A DNA stretch of 64,000 nt from Parcubacteria group bacterium Licking1014_17. GTDB taxonomy: Bacteria > Patescibacteriota > Minisyncoccia > 2-02-FULL-40-12 > IGHO2-01-FULL-4-A. The stretch covers positions 41,788 to 105,787 of the forward strand of contig VMGJ01000001.1 of assembly GCA_007376485.1 (NCBI GenBank), given 5' to 3'. This document shows, in pieces, positions 31,231 to 39,956 of this stretch. The notes under the pieces are model-generated. The model had not been told where the DNA came from, searched no databases, and saw nothing but the letters and a program-made list of their open reading frames with translations. Position 1 is the first letter of the stretch. The number at the start of each line of letters is the position of its first letter. The translations under genes were made by a program, and so were the position numbers.

Positions 31231-33588
31231 ATGTTTATCAGGGATGATTTTATAAATAGTTTTGATTATATTCTCTACAGGATAATCAGGTTCGGCATTC
31301 TGTTCGTGCCGTTTATTTCTCTGGTTGTAATTAGGAATATTTATTCGCCGTTTGAATTCAGTAAAGGGATTGTTTTCCGGGTAATCACCGAAATAATTTT
31401 TTTCATTTATGTTTATCTGGCGTTTAAATATCCGAATCTCCGCCCGTCTTTTTTTAAAAAAAGGCCGGATAAATATGTGCTGGCCGGTTTGGTCGCCTTA
31501 GTGGTTCTCGTAGTATGGCATTTTATTTCCGGATTATTCAGTTCAAGCTGGACTCTTAGTTTTTGGGGCTATATAGAGAGGATGGGCGGCATTTTCGCGT
31601 TGCTTCACTATATCGCTTTTTTTGGAGTTGCCGCTTCAATACTGCGCACGAGGAAAGAGTGGGAAAATCTTATCTGGGCTTCGGTGGCGGCGGCGCTGAT
31701 TTCATCAGTTTACGGCATTCTGCAAAAATATTCCGTAAGCGCGGTTGTCGGCGCGGACCAGAGGTTCAGAATTTTCGGGACCGTCGGCAACCCGGCTATA
31801 TTCGCCGGCTATCTGCTTTTTAATTTCTATTTTGTTTTATACCTGTCTTCGCGTCAGGAATCGAAAATACGCAGATTCCTTCTGTATTTCGCCGCATTCA
31901 TATTCGCATCCGCGATAATTTTGTCAGCCTCCCGGGGAGCGGCGGCGGCTCTAATTGTAAGTTTTGTTTTTTTGATTTTTTATATTCTGTATAAAAAAAG
32001 CGCCAGTCCATACGGAAAAAAGAAGAGCTTGATTATCGCGGCGCTCGCGGTAGTCATTATTGCCACAATTTTTTCCGGGATTGTATTAACTCGTTCCGGG
32101 TCCGGGCTCGGATATTTTTCCAGACTGACCGATTTCAGTGTGAAGAGCGGCTCCATAAATTCGCGGTTGCTTGTCTGGGGCATGGCGCTAAAAGGGATAG
32201 CCGAAAAACCGGTTTTGGGCTGGGGTCCCGAAAATTTTATAGCCGTTTATTACAAGAAATACGACCCTAAAATGTATGAGTCGCCGGCTCAAGATTATTC
32301 TTCTGACAGGGCTCATAATATTATTTTGGATTGGCTGGCTGCCGTCGGTGTTGTGGGCTTGCTGTCTTATCTGCTGATTTGGTACTGCGCGATAAGGAAA
32401 ATTGGCGCCCGGGATTACAATGATATGCCGTATTTTTCTCGAGGAGCGCTTTATGCCGCCGCCGTCGCGTATTTTGTTTTTAATTGCACTTTTTTTGACA
32501 CGACTAACACTTATCTGATGGTTATTTTTTTTATGGGCTTGGCTTTTCTTTGGGACGATTATGTGGCAGACGGAGTGGCGACAAAAGTGCCGGAAGGTAA
32601 TACCCCGGTCAACACCGTAGTCGGCGTATTGGCTCTGGTTTCCTGTTCTATTTTAATTATCTGGGCGAATATCCTGCCGTTTCTGTCAAACTATTATACA
32701 AATATGAATAAGAGGGCAAACAGCAGGGGGGATTTCGGGGAAGCGTTTAAGTATCTTGAACTCGCGAGAAACACCGCCACATGGACGGAAACCGACGCCG
32801 TGAGGAATTTAACTTCAGAACTGATAACCGCCCTGAACACGCAAGCGGATTATTTTAAAAACGAAGATAACAGAAAATCTTTCGGGGTTATCGCGCAGGA
32901 TCTTCGCGACGAGATGGAAAAACGTCCGGAGGACGCCGCTTCGTACACTTTTTTATTTAAAATGGAACAAATACTCGCGGCAAATTTTGGAAAGCAGATT
33001 AAACCCGTTGAAGATACCATCTGGACAGCAACCGCCATATTTCCCAAATTGATTCCGCTTTATTATGAACTTTATTACAGCGCCTTGATACGAAATGATT
33101 TTGAAGGAGCCACGAATGTAGCGAACAAAATATTGGAAATCAGACAGGACTTGCCCTTTGGAAAGTTTTGGCTCGCGTATGTCATAACTCGGAAGGATTT
33201 AAACGATAAAAATAGGACAAAACTGCGGAGTTCTTTAAATACCTTGGGCGACAGCTTTGACAGTTCGTTGTTTAACGCAGGCGATAATTACGGCAGTATA
33301 AAACCGTTGCTTGACGAGTTGAGTTATAAATTAAGGAAGACGGGTTATTATCTGGAGATGAGAGATTTGCATTTAATGATAGCAAAATATAAGCCTTCAA
33401 GTTATGTTTATGCGAGCTACGCGAGTTATATGATGCGTGACTTAAAATCAGCCATGAAATACGCCGACGAAGCGCTCGCTCTTGACAATAGCCTAATGAG
33501 CAGTAAGGACTATGAAACATTAGCCGACATTTATGGGGCATTGGGTGATAGAAAAAAACAAGGAGAAGCATACATAAAGATTCAATAA
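31231..33588 (+). CDS. Wzy_C (O-antigen ligase / O-oligosaccharyltransferase-like) polytopic membrane protein with C-terminal TPR repeats
   Basis: 785 aa; ~12 TM helices; 'SASRGAAAALIVSFVFLIF' matches Wzy_C/RfaL/PglL-type ligase core; C-terminal ~300 aa of TPR-like helical repeats ('DYETLADIYGALGDRKKQGEAY'). Confidence 0.65.
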   Translation: MFIRDDFINSFDYILYRIIRFGILFVPFISLVVIRNIYSPFEFSKGIVFRVITEIIFFIYVYLAFKYPNLRPSFFKKRPDKYVLAGLVALVVLVVWHFISGLFSSSWTLSFWGYIERMGGIFALLHYIAFFGVAASILRTRKEWENLIWASVAAALISSVYGILQKYSVSAVVGADQRFRIFGTVGNPAIFAGYLLFNFYFVLYLSSRQESKIRRFLLYFAAFIFASAIILSASRGAAAALIVSFVFLIFYILYKKSASPYGKKKSLIIAALAVVIIATIFSGIVLTRSGSGLGYFSRLTDFSVKSGSINSRLLVWGMALKGIAEKPVLGWGPENFIAVYYKKYDPKMYESPAQDYSSDRAHNIILDWLAAVGVVGLLSYLLIWYCAIRKIGARDYNDMPYFSRGALYAAAVAYFVFNCTFFDTTNTYLMVIFFMGLAFLWDDYVADGVATKVPEGNTPVNTVVGVLALVSCSILIIWANILPFLSNYYTNMNKRANSRGDFGEAFKYLELARNTATWTETDAVRNLTSELITALNTQADYFKNEDNRKSFGVIAQDLRDEMEKRPEDAASYTFLFKMEQILAANFGKQIKPVEDTIWTATAIFPKLIPLYYELYYSALIRNDFEGATNVANKILEIRQDLPFGKFWLAYVITRKDLNDKNRTKLRSSLNTLGDSFDSSLFNAGDNYGSIKPLLDELSYKLRKTGYYLEMRDLHLMIAKYKPSSYVYASYASYMMRDLKSAMKYADEALALDNSLMSSKDYETLADIYGALGDRKKQGEAYIKIQ

Positions 33589-33668
33589 TCTACCTGTGGA
33601 TAATGCTATTTGCGCTTGTTTGCAGGGGGTTTATAATTAAATGAGTTTATTAATTACCTACACATACC

Positions 33669-34433
33669 ATGAGTAAAAAGCCGTCGTTTTTCTCGGCGAG
33701 TGCCGAATTGAAGGTTGTGGTATTCGTTGCCGTGTTTGTCTTCTTTTCTTGGATTTTTATTGATAACAGAATCTATTTTAATTTTTTTAAATCGTTGGAC
33801 GCCAACGCGGCCACAAGCGGAACGGCCAGCCAAAATATGAGTATTGATGTGGGTGTGGGGCTTACTTTCGTGAAATACAGCAGTGTTGCATGGCGCAATG
33901 ATTCGGAGACTCCCACGAGTACTATAACTTCCGGCACTCCTCTGCATTCTACGCAAGCCTTGCAGGTTACGACTAACGACAATTACACAATATCGGTCGG
34001 TCGAAAAAGGCAAAGCCCCAATACGACACTCGCTTCGGCCAGCGATGTGACTATTCATATAGAAGATGCGAGTACAGGTATTGATGTTTTTAACGGGCTG
34101 GCAAATTGCACTACTGCTACAAGCACGACAGCCTACTGGCCTGTCACGGGAGCTGTATCAGTCGGTATTGGCTTCAGCAACTGGAAAACCCAGATTGCCG
34201 GCGATAAAAGCTCTTGCTGGGGAACGGGGACTGTAGATAATGAATCTACCCCCTCCACAAATAGATATGCCGCGCTTCAAGCGTCAGCCAGCGCCAGTAC
34301 GTTTTTGTCAACTACTAATCATCCCTTGGGGGTTTCGTATTTTTCCGTCGTGTACCGACTAGACGTAACGGCTAGCCAAAGAGCCACCAACTATTCAGGC
34401 ACGGTTAATTATACGGCGACTACCCAACCCTGA
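33669..34433 (+). CDS. small surface protein sharing the giant protein C-terminal domain
   Basis: 254 aa; N-terminal hydrophobic anchor; aligned motifs with end of giant protein: 'IDVF(N/D)GL', 'SCWGTGT', 'NRYAAL', C-terminal 'Y(S/G)G(T/M)V.Y..TA'. Confidence 0.7.
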   Translation: MSKKPSFFSASAELKVVVFVAVFVFFSWIFIDNRIYFNFFKSLDANAATSGTASQNMSIDVGVGLTFVKYSSVAWRNDSETPTSTITSGTPLHSTQALQVTTNDNYTISVGRKRQSPNTTLASASDVTIHIEDASTGIDVFNGLANCTTATSTTAYWPVTGAVSVGIGFSNWKTQIAGDKSSCWGTGTVDNESTPSTNRYAALQASASASTFLSTTNHPLGVSYFSVVYRLDVTASQRATNYSGTVNYTATTQP

Positions 34434-34475
34434 TCGATTTTGCGCCGCAACGGCAACTAATTTAAATGATTAATT

Positions 34476-35405
34476 ATGATGAAAAGATTTAACAAGAAAA
34501 TAATAATAACACTGGTGATTATTTTGGGTGTTTTTATGTTATCTCTTGGTTTTGTTTGGGCGATAGGCGTGGGGATATCCATTTCTCCATTGAAATATAA
34601 ATATAGTGTCGACCCAGGCACGGTTATAGATGATGTGATTAATGTCGGCAATCCGAATGCAGGTGATCTTAGAGTGAAGGTTGAGTTTCAGGATTTTATG
34701 GTTACCGAGGGTAATAATATCAAATGGATTCCAAACGACATCGAGAACCCCCATAAAATGGTTGACTGGATTGATATTGATACGGAGCCGTTTACGGTGG
34801 CCCCGGGGAAACAGGTAGCCGTGCCCTTTAAAATAAATGTCCCGAAAAACGCCACTCCGGGAGGAAAATACGCGGCAATATTTTTCAGCGAGGCGGATAA
34901 AGGTGGCGGAAATTTATTAGGCGCGATCGCACGTGTCGGGTCACTGATTATTATGAATGTTAATGGTGACGTCAAGCAAACCGGGCAGCTGGTTGATTTC
35001 ACCGGGCCCACCATAGCGTGGAGCGGACCGGTCAATTTTGTTCTTAGTATGATGAACGTGGGCACCACGCATTTTGAGGTAAAGCCGGTGGTCACGATAA
35101 ATAATTTTTTCTGGCAAAGCGCAAAGATATTGCCGGAGTCAAAATTTATTTATCCCAATGTCAAGAGAGATATTCCGATTAAATGGGAGAAAAGCAATCC
35201 GTTCGGATTGTACAGCGCCAAAGTTTCCGTAACCGATGGGGAGGGGACTGTTTTTGAGAAAACAAAATGGTTTGTCGCAATTCCGGCTACATATGCCATA
35301 ATAATACTGGCCGTTGTTTTGGTGTTATGGTTTGGAATCAGGTTCTTTAAGCATACGTTCAAAATTTCCAAGATTATTACCAGAAAAAGCAGATCGGCAG
35401 CCTGA
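34476..35405 (+). CDS. surface protein with signal peptide and C-terminal TM anchor (paralog 1)
   Basis: 309 aa; N-terminal TM/signal, 'PGGKYAAIFFSEA', C-terminal 'AIIILAVVLVLWFGIRFFKH' + basic tail. Confidence 0.65.
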   Translation: MMKRFNKKIIITLVIILGVFMLSLGFVWAIGVGISISPLKYKYSVDPGTVIDDVINVGNPNAGDLRVKVEFQDFMVTEGNNIKWIPNDIENPHKMVDWIDIDTEPFTVAPGKQVAVPFKINVPKNATPGGKYAAIFFSEADKGGGNLLGAIARVGSLIIMNVNGDVKQTGQLVDFTGPTIAWSGPVNFVLSMMNVGTTHFEVKPVVTINNFFWQSAKILPESKFIYPNVKRDIPIKWEKSNPFGLYSAKVSVTDGEGTVFEKTKWFVAIPATYAIIILAVVLVLWFGIRFFKHTFKISKIITRKSRSAA

Positions 35406-35424
35406 TATTAATTATTATTTAATA

Positions 35425-36303
35425 ATGCTTAGAAACTTTCTAGTTATTGTTGGCGTAGCTTTGGTTACGTTGTTTTTTCCCTTTTTTGTCCATGCTTACC
35501 AGGGAGGAATTCTTTTGGATCCCGTAAAAATCGAACTTGACGTTTTTGCGGGACAGGCGGCATCTAGAGAGATAACAATTACGAATCAAAATCCGTTTGC
35601 GGTGACGATCAGTCCGGAAGTGATGAATTTTAAAGTTAGTGAGAACAGCGAAATTCACTGGTATATCGGCGCGATTTCAGACCCATTGCGGAGTTCGGCC
35701 TGGCTGGAGGTAGACGAAAAATCCTTTGTCCTTAAATCCGGCGAAGCAAAAAGAGTCGGAGTCAGCGTGGCAATACCCGCCGATACCCAACCGGGCGGTA
35801 GATATGCGACCGTTTTTTTCAACAGCAAGCCCGTTGATGCTCAAAATAAAAACGCGGACGTAAGAGCCGGCACTATGGTTATCATCAATGTACCCGGCGC
35901 CATCAGTAAAGCCGGGAATATTGTCGGTTTTAATTCGCCTTTATTCGTCATCGGCGGGCCGCTTGATTTCATCGTAAAATTCGCGAACACCGGCAAGACG
36001 CATTACAACACCAAAGCGACCCTGAAAATATCCAATTTATTCTGGAATGTCGCCAATATTTCAAGCGACCAAAAATTTTTATATCCGGACGTCATACGCG
36101 AGATTCCGATCAAATGGAACACGGCTTCCCTTTTTGGCATCTACACCGCGCAGCTGTCCGTTACCGACGGCCAGGGCGTCGTACATACGGCAGAGAAACA
36201 TTTTGTAGGCGTTTCCATCAAATATTTGGCGCTGCTCATTGCCTTAGGATTTATTGCCTGGTTTGGGAGAAAAAAACTTCTGGCCAGAAAAAGTAGCGCG
36301 TAA
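35425..36303 (+). CDS. surface protein with signal peptide and C-terminal TM anchor (paralog 2)
   Basis: ORF open from 35314 but upstream gene ends 35405; ATG 35425; 'PGGRYATVFFNSK', C-terminal 'YLALLIALGFIAWFGRKKLLARK'; co-linear similarity with 34476 gene. Confidence 0.65.
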   Translation: MLRNFLVIVGVALVTLFFPFFVHAYQGGILLDPVKIELDVFAGQAASREITITNQNPFAVTISPEVMNFKVSENSEIHWYIGAISDPLRSSAWLEVDEKSFVLKSGEAKRVGVSVAIPADTQPGGRYATVFFNSKPVDAQNKNADVRAGTMVIINVPGAISKAGNIVGFNSPLFVIGGPLDFIVKFANTGKTHYNTKATLKISNLFWNVANISSDQKFLYPDVIREIPIKWNTASLFGIYTAQLSVTDGQGVVHTAEKHFVGVSIKYLALLIALGFIAWFGRKKLLARKSSA

Positions 36304-36319
36304 TTTATTTCTCTAACTA

Positions 36320-36964
36320 ATGGTTGATAAGTTTTCACACAAGATATTTTTTGTGTTCCTGTTTGCAGCCCTGGTTTTTATTTGTATAACAAAAGTATAC
36401 GCGGCAGATCCAGTAGACCAAAACGTTACTATAACCGTAGGGCAAACCGGTATTGTATATTTGAATTTTACTTTTAGCCCCCAAGGCAGATGGACCGGCG
36501 GAGGAAATAATGACGCGTCAAATGTTGTCGTTGAGGTAAGACCCGTAGACGGCAATAAGGACAGTATAATTTTTAGCGAGGAAGTGACTACCGACAACAG
36601 CGGCCAATATTCATCCTTGCTTCTGGATAATGTAAGTCCGGGAACATATGACGTGAGCGCCAAGGGTTGGGCAACTCTAAGAAAAAAGGAGGTAACCGTA
36701 ATATTGGCGGAGGGCAATAACACCATTGATTTTACCGACACGGGCGCCGATAAAGCCCTCTCCGGAGATTTGGATTCAACGACCCGGGTCGGAAGCGCCG
36801 AAAGCGGTGATAACGAAATCAGCGCCGCCGATTATTCAACTTTGATCGGAAATTACAATACGGTGCAGGACAGGTATGATTTGGATAAATATACGGACCA
36901 GTTAATCGCCGGCCCGGATTATTCAATTCTTGTATCGAATTATAGCCAAGAAGGCGACCAGTGA
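36320..36964 (+). CDS. secreted protein: carboxypeptidase-regulatory-like domain + dockerin-like tandem Ca-binding repeats
   Basis: Signal peptide 'FFVFLFAALVFICITKVYA'; 'LDNVSPGTYDVSAKGW' (CarbopepD_reg-like); C-terminal duplicated 'GDLDSTTRVGS..ISAADYSTLIGNY' / 'DRYDLDKYTDQLIAGPDYSILVSNY' dockerin-like. Confidence 0.55.
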   Translation: MVDKFSHKIFFVFLFAALVFICITKVYAADPVDQNVTITVGQTGIVYLNFTFSPQGRWTGGGNNDASNVVVEVRPVDGNKDSIIFSEEVTTDNSGQYSSLLLDNVSPGTYDVSAKGWATLRKKEVTVILAEGNNTIDFTDTGADKALSGDLDSTTRVGSAESGDNEISAADYSTLIGNYNTVQDRYDLDKYTDQLIAGPDYSILVSNYSQEGDQ

Positions 36965-36977
36965 TGTTTTATAAAAA

Positions 36978-37658
36978 ATGAATACGCGCTTTTCAGTCAA
37001 AATTATTTTTTTTACCGCCGTTCTGGCATTAGTTATTATTTTATTGGCATTCAACAACAAGGAGAGCCGAAATAACGGTAATAATTTGATAACCGTCTAT
37101 GGAAATGTGTTAAATGCCCGGGATAATCTTCCCCTTGGCAGTGTTACTGTCCAATCGGGCGAGTCCAGAAGCGTAACTGATTATCAGGGCAAATTTGTCT
37201 TACTGAATGTCCCCCGAGACGGTGAAATAAGGATTGAAAGCGGAAACTTATATGAAGAAGTTATTATTCCTATTAATGGGCGATCGAACATTACCGTTTA
37301 TCTGGATGGAGATTTGCTTGGAATTTTTCGGGATATTGAGCGATATGAAAACAACAGGCAATATTCAAAAATCTATGACCTATTTACGCCTGATTTAAAA
37401 AAACATTACACGCTGGATGCTTACTTGAAAAAAAAGAATAGCTGGCGCGATAACATTACGGAGGGAAAAAATTATGACGGGTTCAAAATGGAATTTCTGC
37501 GCCATACCGTCAAAGGCGGCAATTCTTCATCTATTATAACGGTTACTACTAAATATTCCTGGCTTAAGGGCGAGGAAACTAAATATATTCACGCAATTGA
37601 TGTAAAATTAATATGGGACGGCAACATCTGGGAGTTGGGCAATGATTTGATCTGGTAA
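36978..37658 (+). CDS. membrane-anchored protein with carboxypeptidase-regulatory-like domain
   Basis: 'VYGNVLNARDNLPLGSVTVQSGESRSVTDYQGKFVLLNVPRDGEIRIE' matches CarbopepD_reg-like beta-sandwich pattern. Confidence 0.55.
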   Translation: MNTRFSVKIIFFTAVLALVIILLAFNNKESRNNGNNLITVYGNVLNARDNLPLGSVTVQSGESRSVTDYQGKFVLLNVPRDGEIRIESGNLYEEVIIPINGRSNITVYLDGDLLGIFRDIERYENNRQYSKIYDLFTPDLKKHYTLDAYLKKKNSWRDNITEGKNYDGFKMEFLRHTVKGGNSSSIITVTTKYSWLKGEETKYIHAIDVKLIWDGNIWELGNDLIW

Positions 37659-39815
37659 ATGAATTTTAAAGGCAAAAATATTTTTTACTACGCAAGCCGG
37701 TTGTTTTTCGGGTTCTTTGCGCTCGCCGGCATTTTTTATTTTTTATCGTGTGATGCCAGGGCGGCTGTCACAATGGACATGACCGCCTCCGCCGGCGTCA
37801 AATATGTCGGTACCACGTTTAATGTCAGTGTGAGGGTAAAGTTGGATAGTCAGAATATTGATACCGTTTCGTTGAGAAATCTGAACTTTGACCACGATAT
37901 TTTGGAAATAACCGGAACGTCCATCCAGAGCTTGTTTTCATCCCAAGCAACATTAAGAAATGTTACCGACAACACCGCGGGGACAAAAAGGCTCGATATC
38001 GGCAAATTGCCGCTAACCGATGATTACACCAATTCATCGGCAGCTACATTTGCAATTTTAACCTTTAAGGTGAAGAACGTTGGTACCGGAACGACAACCT
38101 TAACAATAGATTATGACGGTAGCCCGGGAAAATCCGGAGTTTTTTTGGCAGGAACAAATTATTTGGCGTCGGTGCTGCCGCTTGATGTTTCGCTTGGTTT
38201 GGACGACACGGGACCGGCTTTCAGCAATTGTACGCCCGTGGCTAACGTCGTGAACCAGCAGGTTACCGCCAACATAGTTTGCGACGTAACCGACACGGAG
38301 ACTGGAGTTTATCTGGGAGGTACGACTCTGACTGTCAACGGCATCACTTATTCCAATAGCGGAGCTAACCAGTACACAAGCGCCGAGATTGCCAACGGTT
38401 ACCAGTTGACCGTGAATCCCGAAGATAATCTGCCCTACAACACGTCCATAACGGTCAGCGGATCCGCGCAGGATAGCGCCTATGATGACGGTCCGGTACT
38501 GGCGCGAAATACCGGCACACTGGCGGAATACGCGTTTACCACCGAGGATGACGATGACGCGCCGACTATTTATAATAAAAGCCCCGACTCCGGCGCCACA
38601 AGTATTTCAGTGTCAACTAATGTCAGTTTTGGCATAAAAGACATTGCTGTTCCGGGAGACTATAATGGTCTTGGCGTTGATATTGATAGTATTCAAGTGA
38701 TTATATCCGCCGATAACTGGGGAACTGTAACCTACACTCACGGCGGCGAAAAACAATTCAGCCATTCCGGCAATCAATACGATTATACCATCACGATCAA
38801 CCCTTCGCCGGATTTTCCCCAAAATACCACCGTTACCGTAAGTATTGCCGCTGACGACCTGCACAGTTCACCTAATTCAGTATCCACCTCTTATTCGTTT
38901 ACCACGGCGGATACCTCTCTGCCGACATGTTCCAATTTTATACCGGCGGAGAATAAAGCGGATATCGAGCCAACCGACACTATCTCTTTTGATTGTTCCG
39001 ATTCCGGGGCAGGAATTAATATAGATACCATAAGCGTGATCGTTAATAAATCCACCTATACAAAATCAAAGAGCGGTTTTTCGTATACTGGCGACTCATC
39101 AAAATACAATATAGTCATAACTCCGCCGGGCGGATTTGCTTATGATTACGCTTTTGAGGTGATAATCAACGGCAGAGATATGAAAAGCAACTCAATAACG
39201 GAGACTAGCTACGGGTTGGCTACAAGAATACAAGGGGGAGGCGGCGGAGGCGGCGGAGGAGGAGGGGGAGGGGGAGGAGGAAATCAATGCCCGACCTGCC
39301 AAGTATGCCCGGCGCAACCATCGCCGGAATTTTCCAATGGGCCTTTGCCGACAGAAAATCCTTACTCAACTCCAAAACCCGGGAAAACACCCAATCCGGC
39401 CATTTGTCCTTCAATAGCACCCGAAGTTCCTTATCAAATACCGTTTGCCCCGACAATTGAAGATATGCAATCTGTCGCGTTGCAAAAAGTCAACGGGACC
39501 GATGTTCAAGGCATCACCATTTATCAAATATCCGGACCGATGATTACATTGGAAGGAACCGCGAAACCGCAGGGTTTGGTTGGCCTCCAAATGGAACCGG
39601 GACCGATTGTGGTCCAAACAATCGCCGACAACAAAGGTGAATGGAAAGTAACCATATCCAATGTTCTGGGTCCCGCCGAAAATCTGCTATACGCGATCTC
39701 CCGCAACCCAATTAACGGCGCCACGGAAAAAAAATTCCTGATTATCCTTCATAACACCTATAAAGGCATAGATGCTTATCTCCGGGCGCAAAAGATGAGA
39801 ACGCAACTTTGGTAG
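37659..39815 (+). CDS. cell-surface protein: cohesin-like N-terminal domain, three Ig-like repeats, poly-Gly + Pro-rich linker, C-terminal domain
   Basis: Signal/TM; 'TTFNVSVRVKLDSQNIDTVSLRNLNFDHDILEITG..ATFAILTFKVKNVGTGTTTLTIDYD' cohesin-like; repeated 'D(T/D)..P..S(N/P)..P' Ig-like units; 16xGly; 'NQCPTCQVCPAQPSPE..'. Confidence 0.6.
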   Translation: MNFKGKNIFYYASRLFFGFFALAGIFYFLSCDARAAVTMDMTASAGVKYVGTTFNVSVRVKLDSQNIDTVSLRNLNFDHDILEITGTSIQSLFSSQATLRNVTDNTAGTKRLDIGKLPLTDDYTNSSAATFAILTFKVKNVGTGTTTLTIDYDGSPGKSGVFLAGTNYLASVLPLDVSLGLDDTGPAFSNCTPVANVVNQQVTANIVCDVTDTETGVYLGGTTLTVNGITYSNSGANQYTSAEIANGYQLTVNPEDNLPYNTSITVSGSAQDSAYDDGPVLARNTGTLAEYAFTTEDDDDAPTIYNKSPDSGATSISVSTNVSFGIKDIAVPGDYNGLGVDIDSIQVIISADNWGTVTYTHGGEKQFSHSGNQYDYTITINPSPDFPQNTTVTVSIAADDLHSSPNSVSTSYSFTTADTSLPTCSNFIPAENKADIEPTDTISFDCSDSGAGINIDTISVIVNKSTYTKSKSGFSYTGDSSKYNIVITPPGGFAYDYAFEVIINGRDMKSNSITETSYGLATRIQGGGGGGGGGGGGGGGGNQCPTCQVCPAQPSPEFSNGPLPTENPYSTPKPGKTPNPAICPSIAPEVPYQIPFAPTIEDMQSVALQKVNGTDVQGITIYQISGPMITLEGTAKPQGLVGLQMEPGPIVVQTIADNKGEWKVTISNVLGPAENLLYAISRNPINGATEKKFLIILHNTYKGIDAYLRAQKMRTQLW
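39232..39282 (+). repeat. GGN codon homopolymer (16 consecutive Gly)
   Basis: 'GGGGGAGGCGGCGGAGGCGGCGGAGGAGGAGGGGGAGGGGGAGGAGGA'. Confidence 0.85.
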
Positions 39816-39956
39816 CTGTTGATTCTGGCGCTGTTGATTATTTTCATGCTTGTCCTTAGGGCGCTACACAAATCTCTTCATCCGGAAGAATACGATAAAA
39901 ACAAGAGGGAATTGAAATGATGTATTAATTTGATAGTTGATGTATGATAGGTTTCT

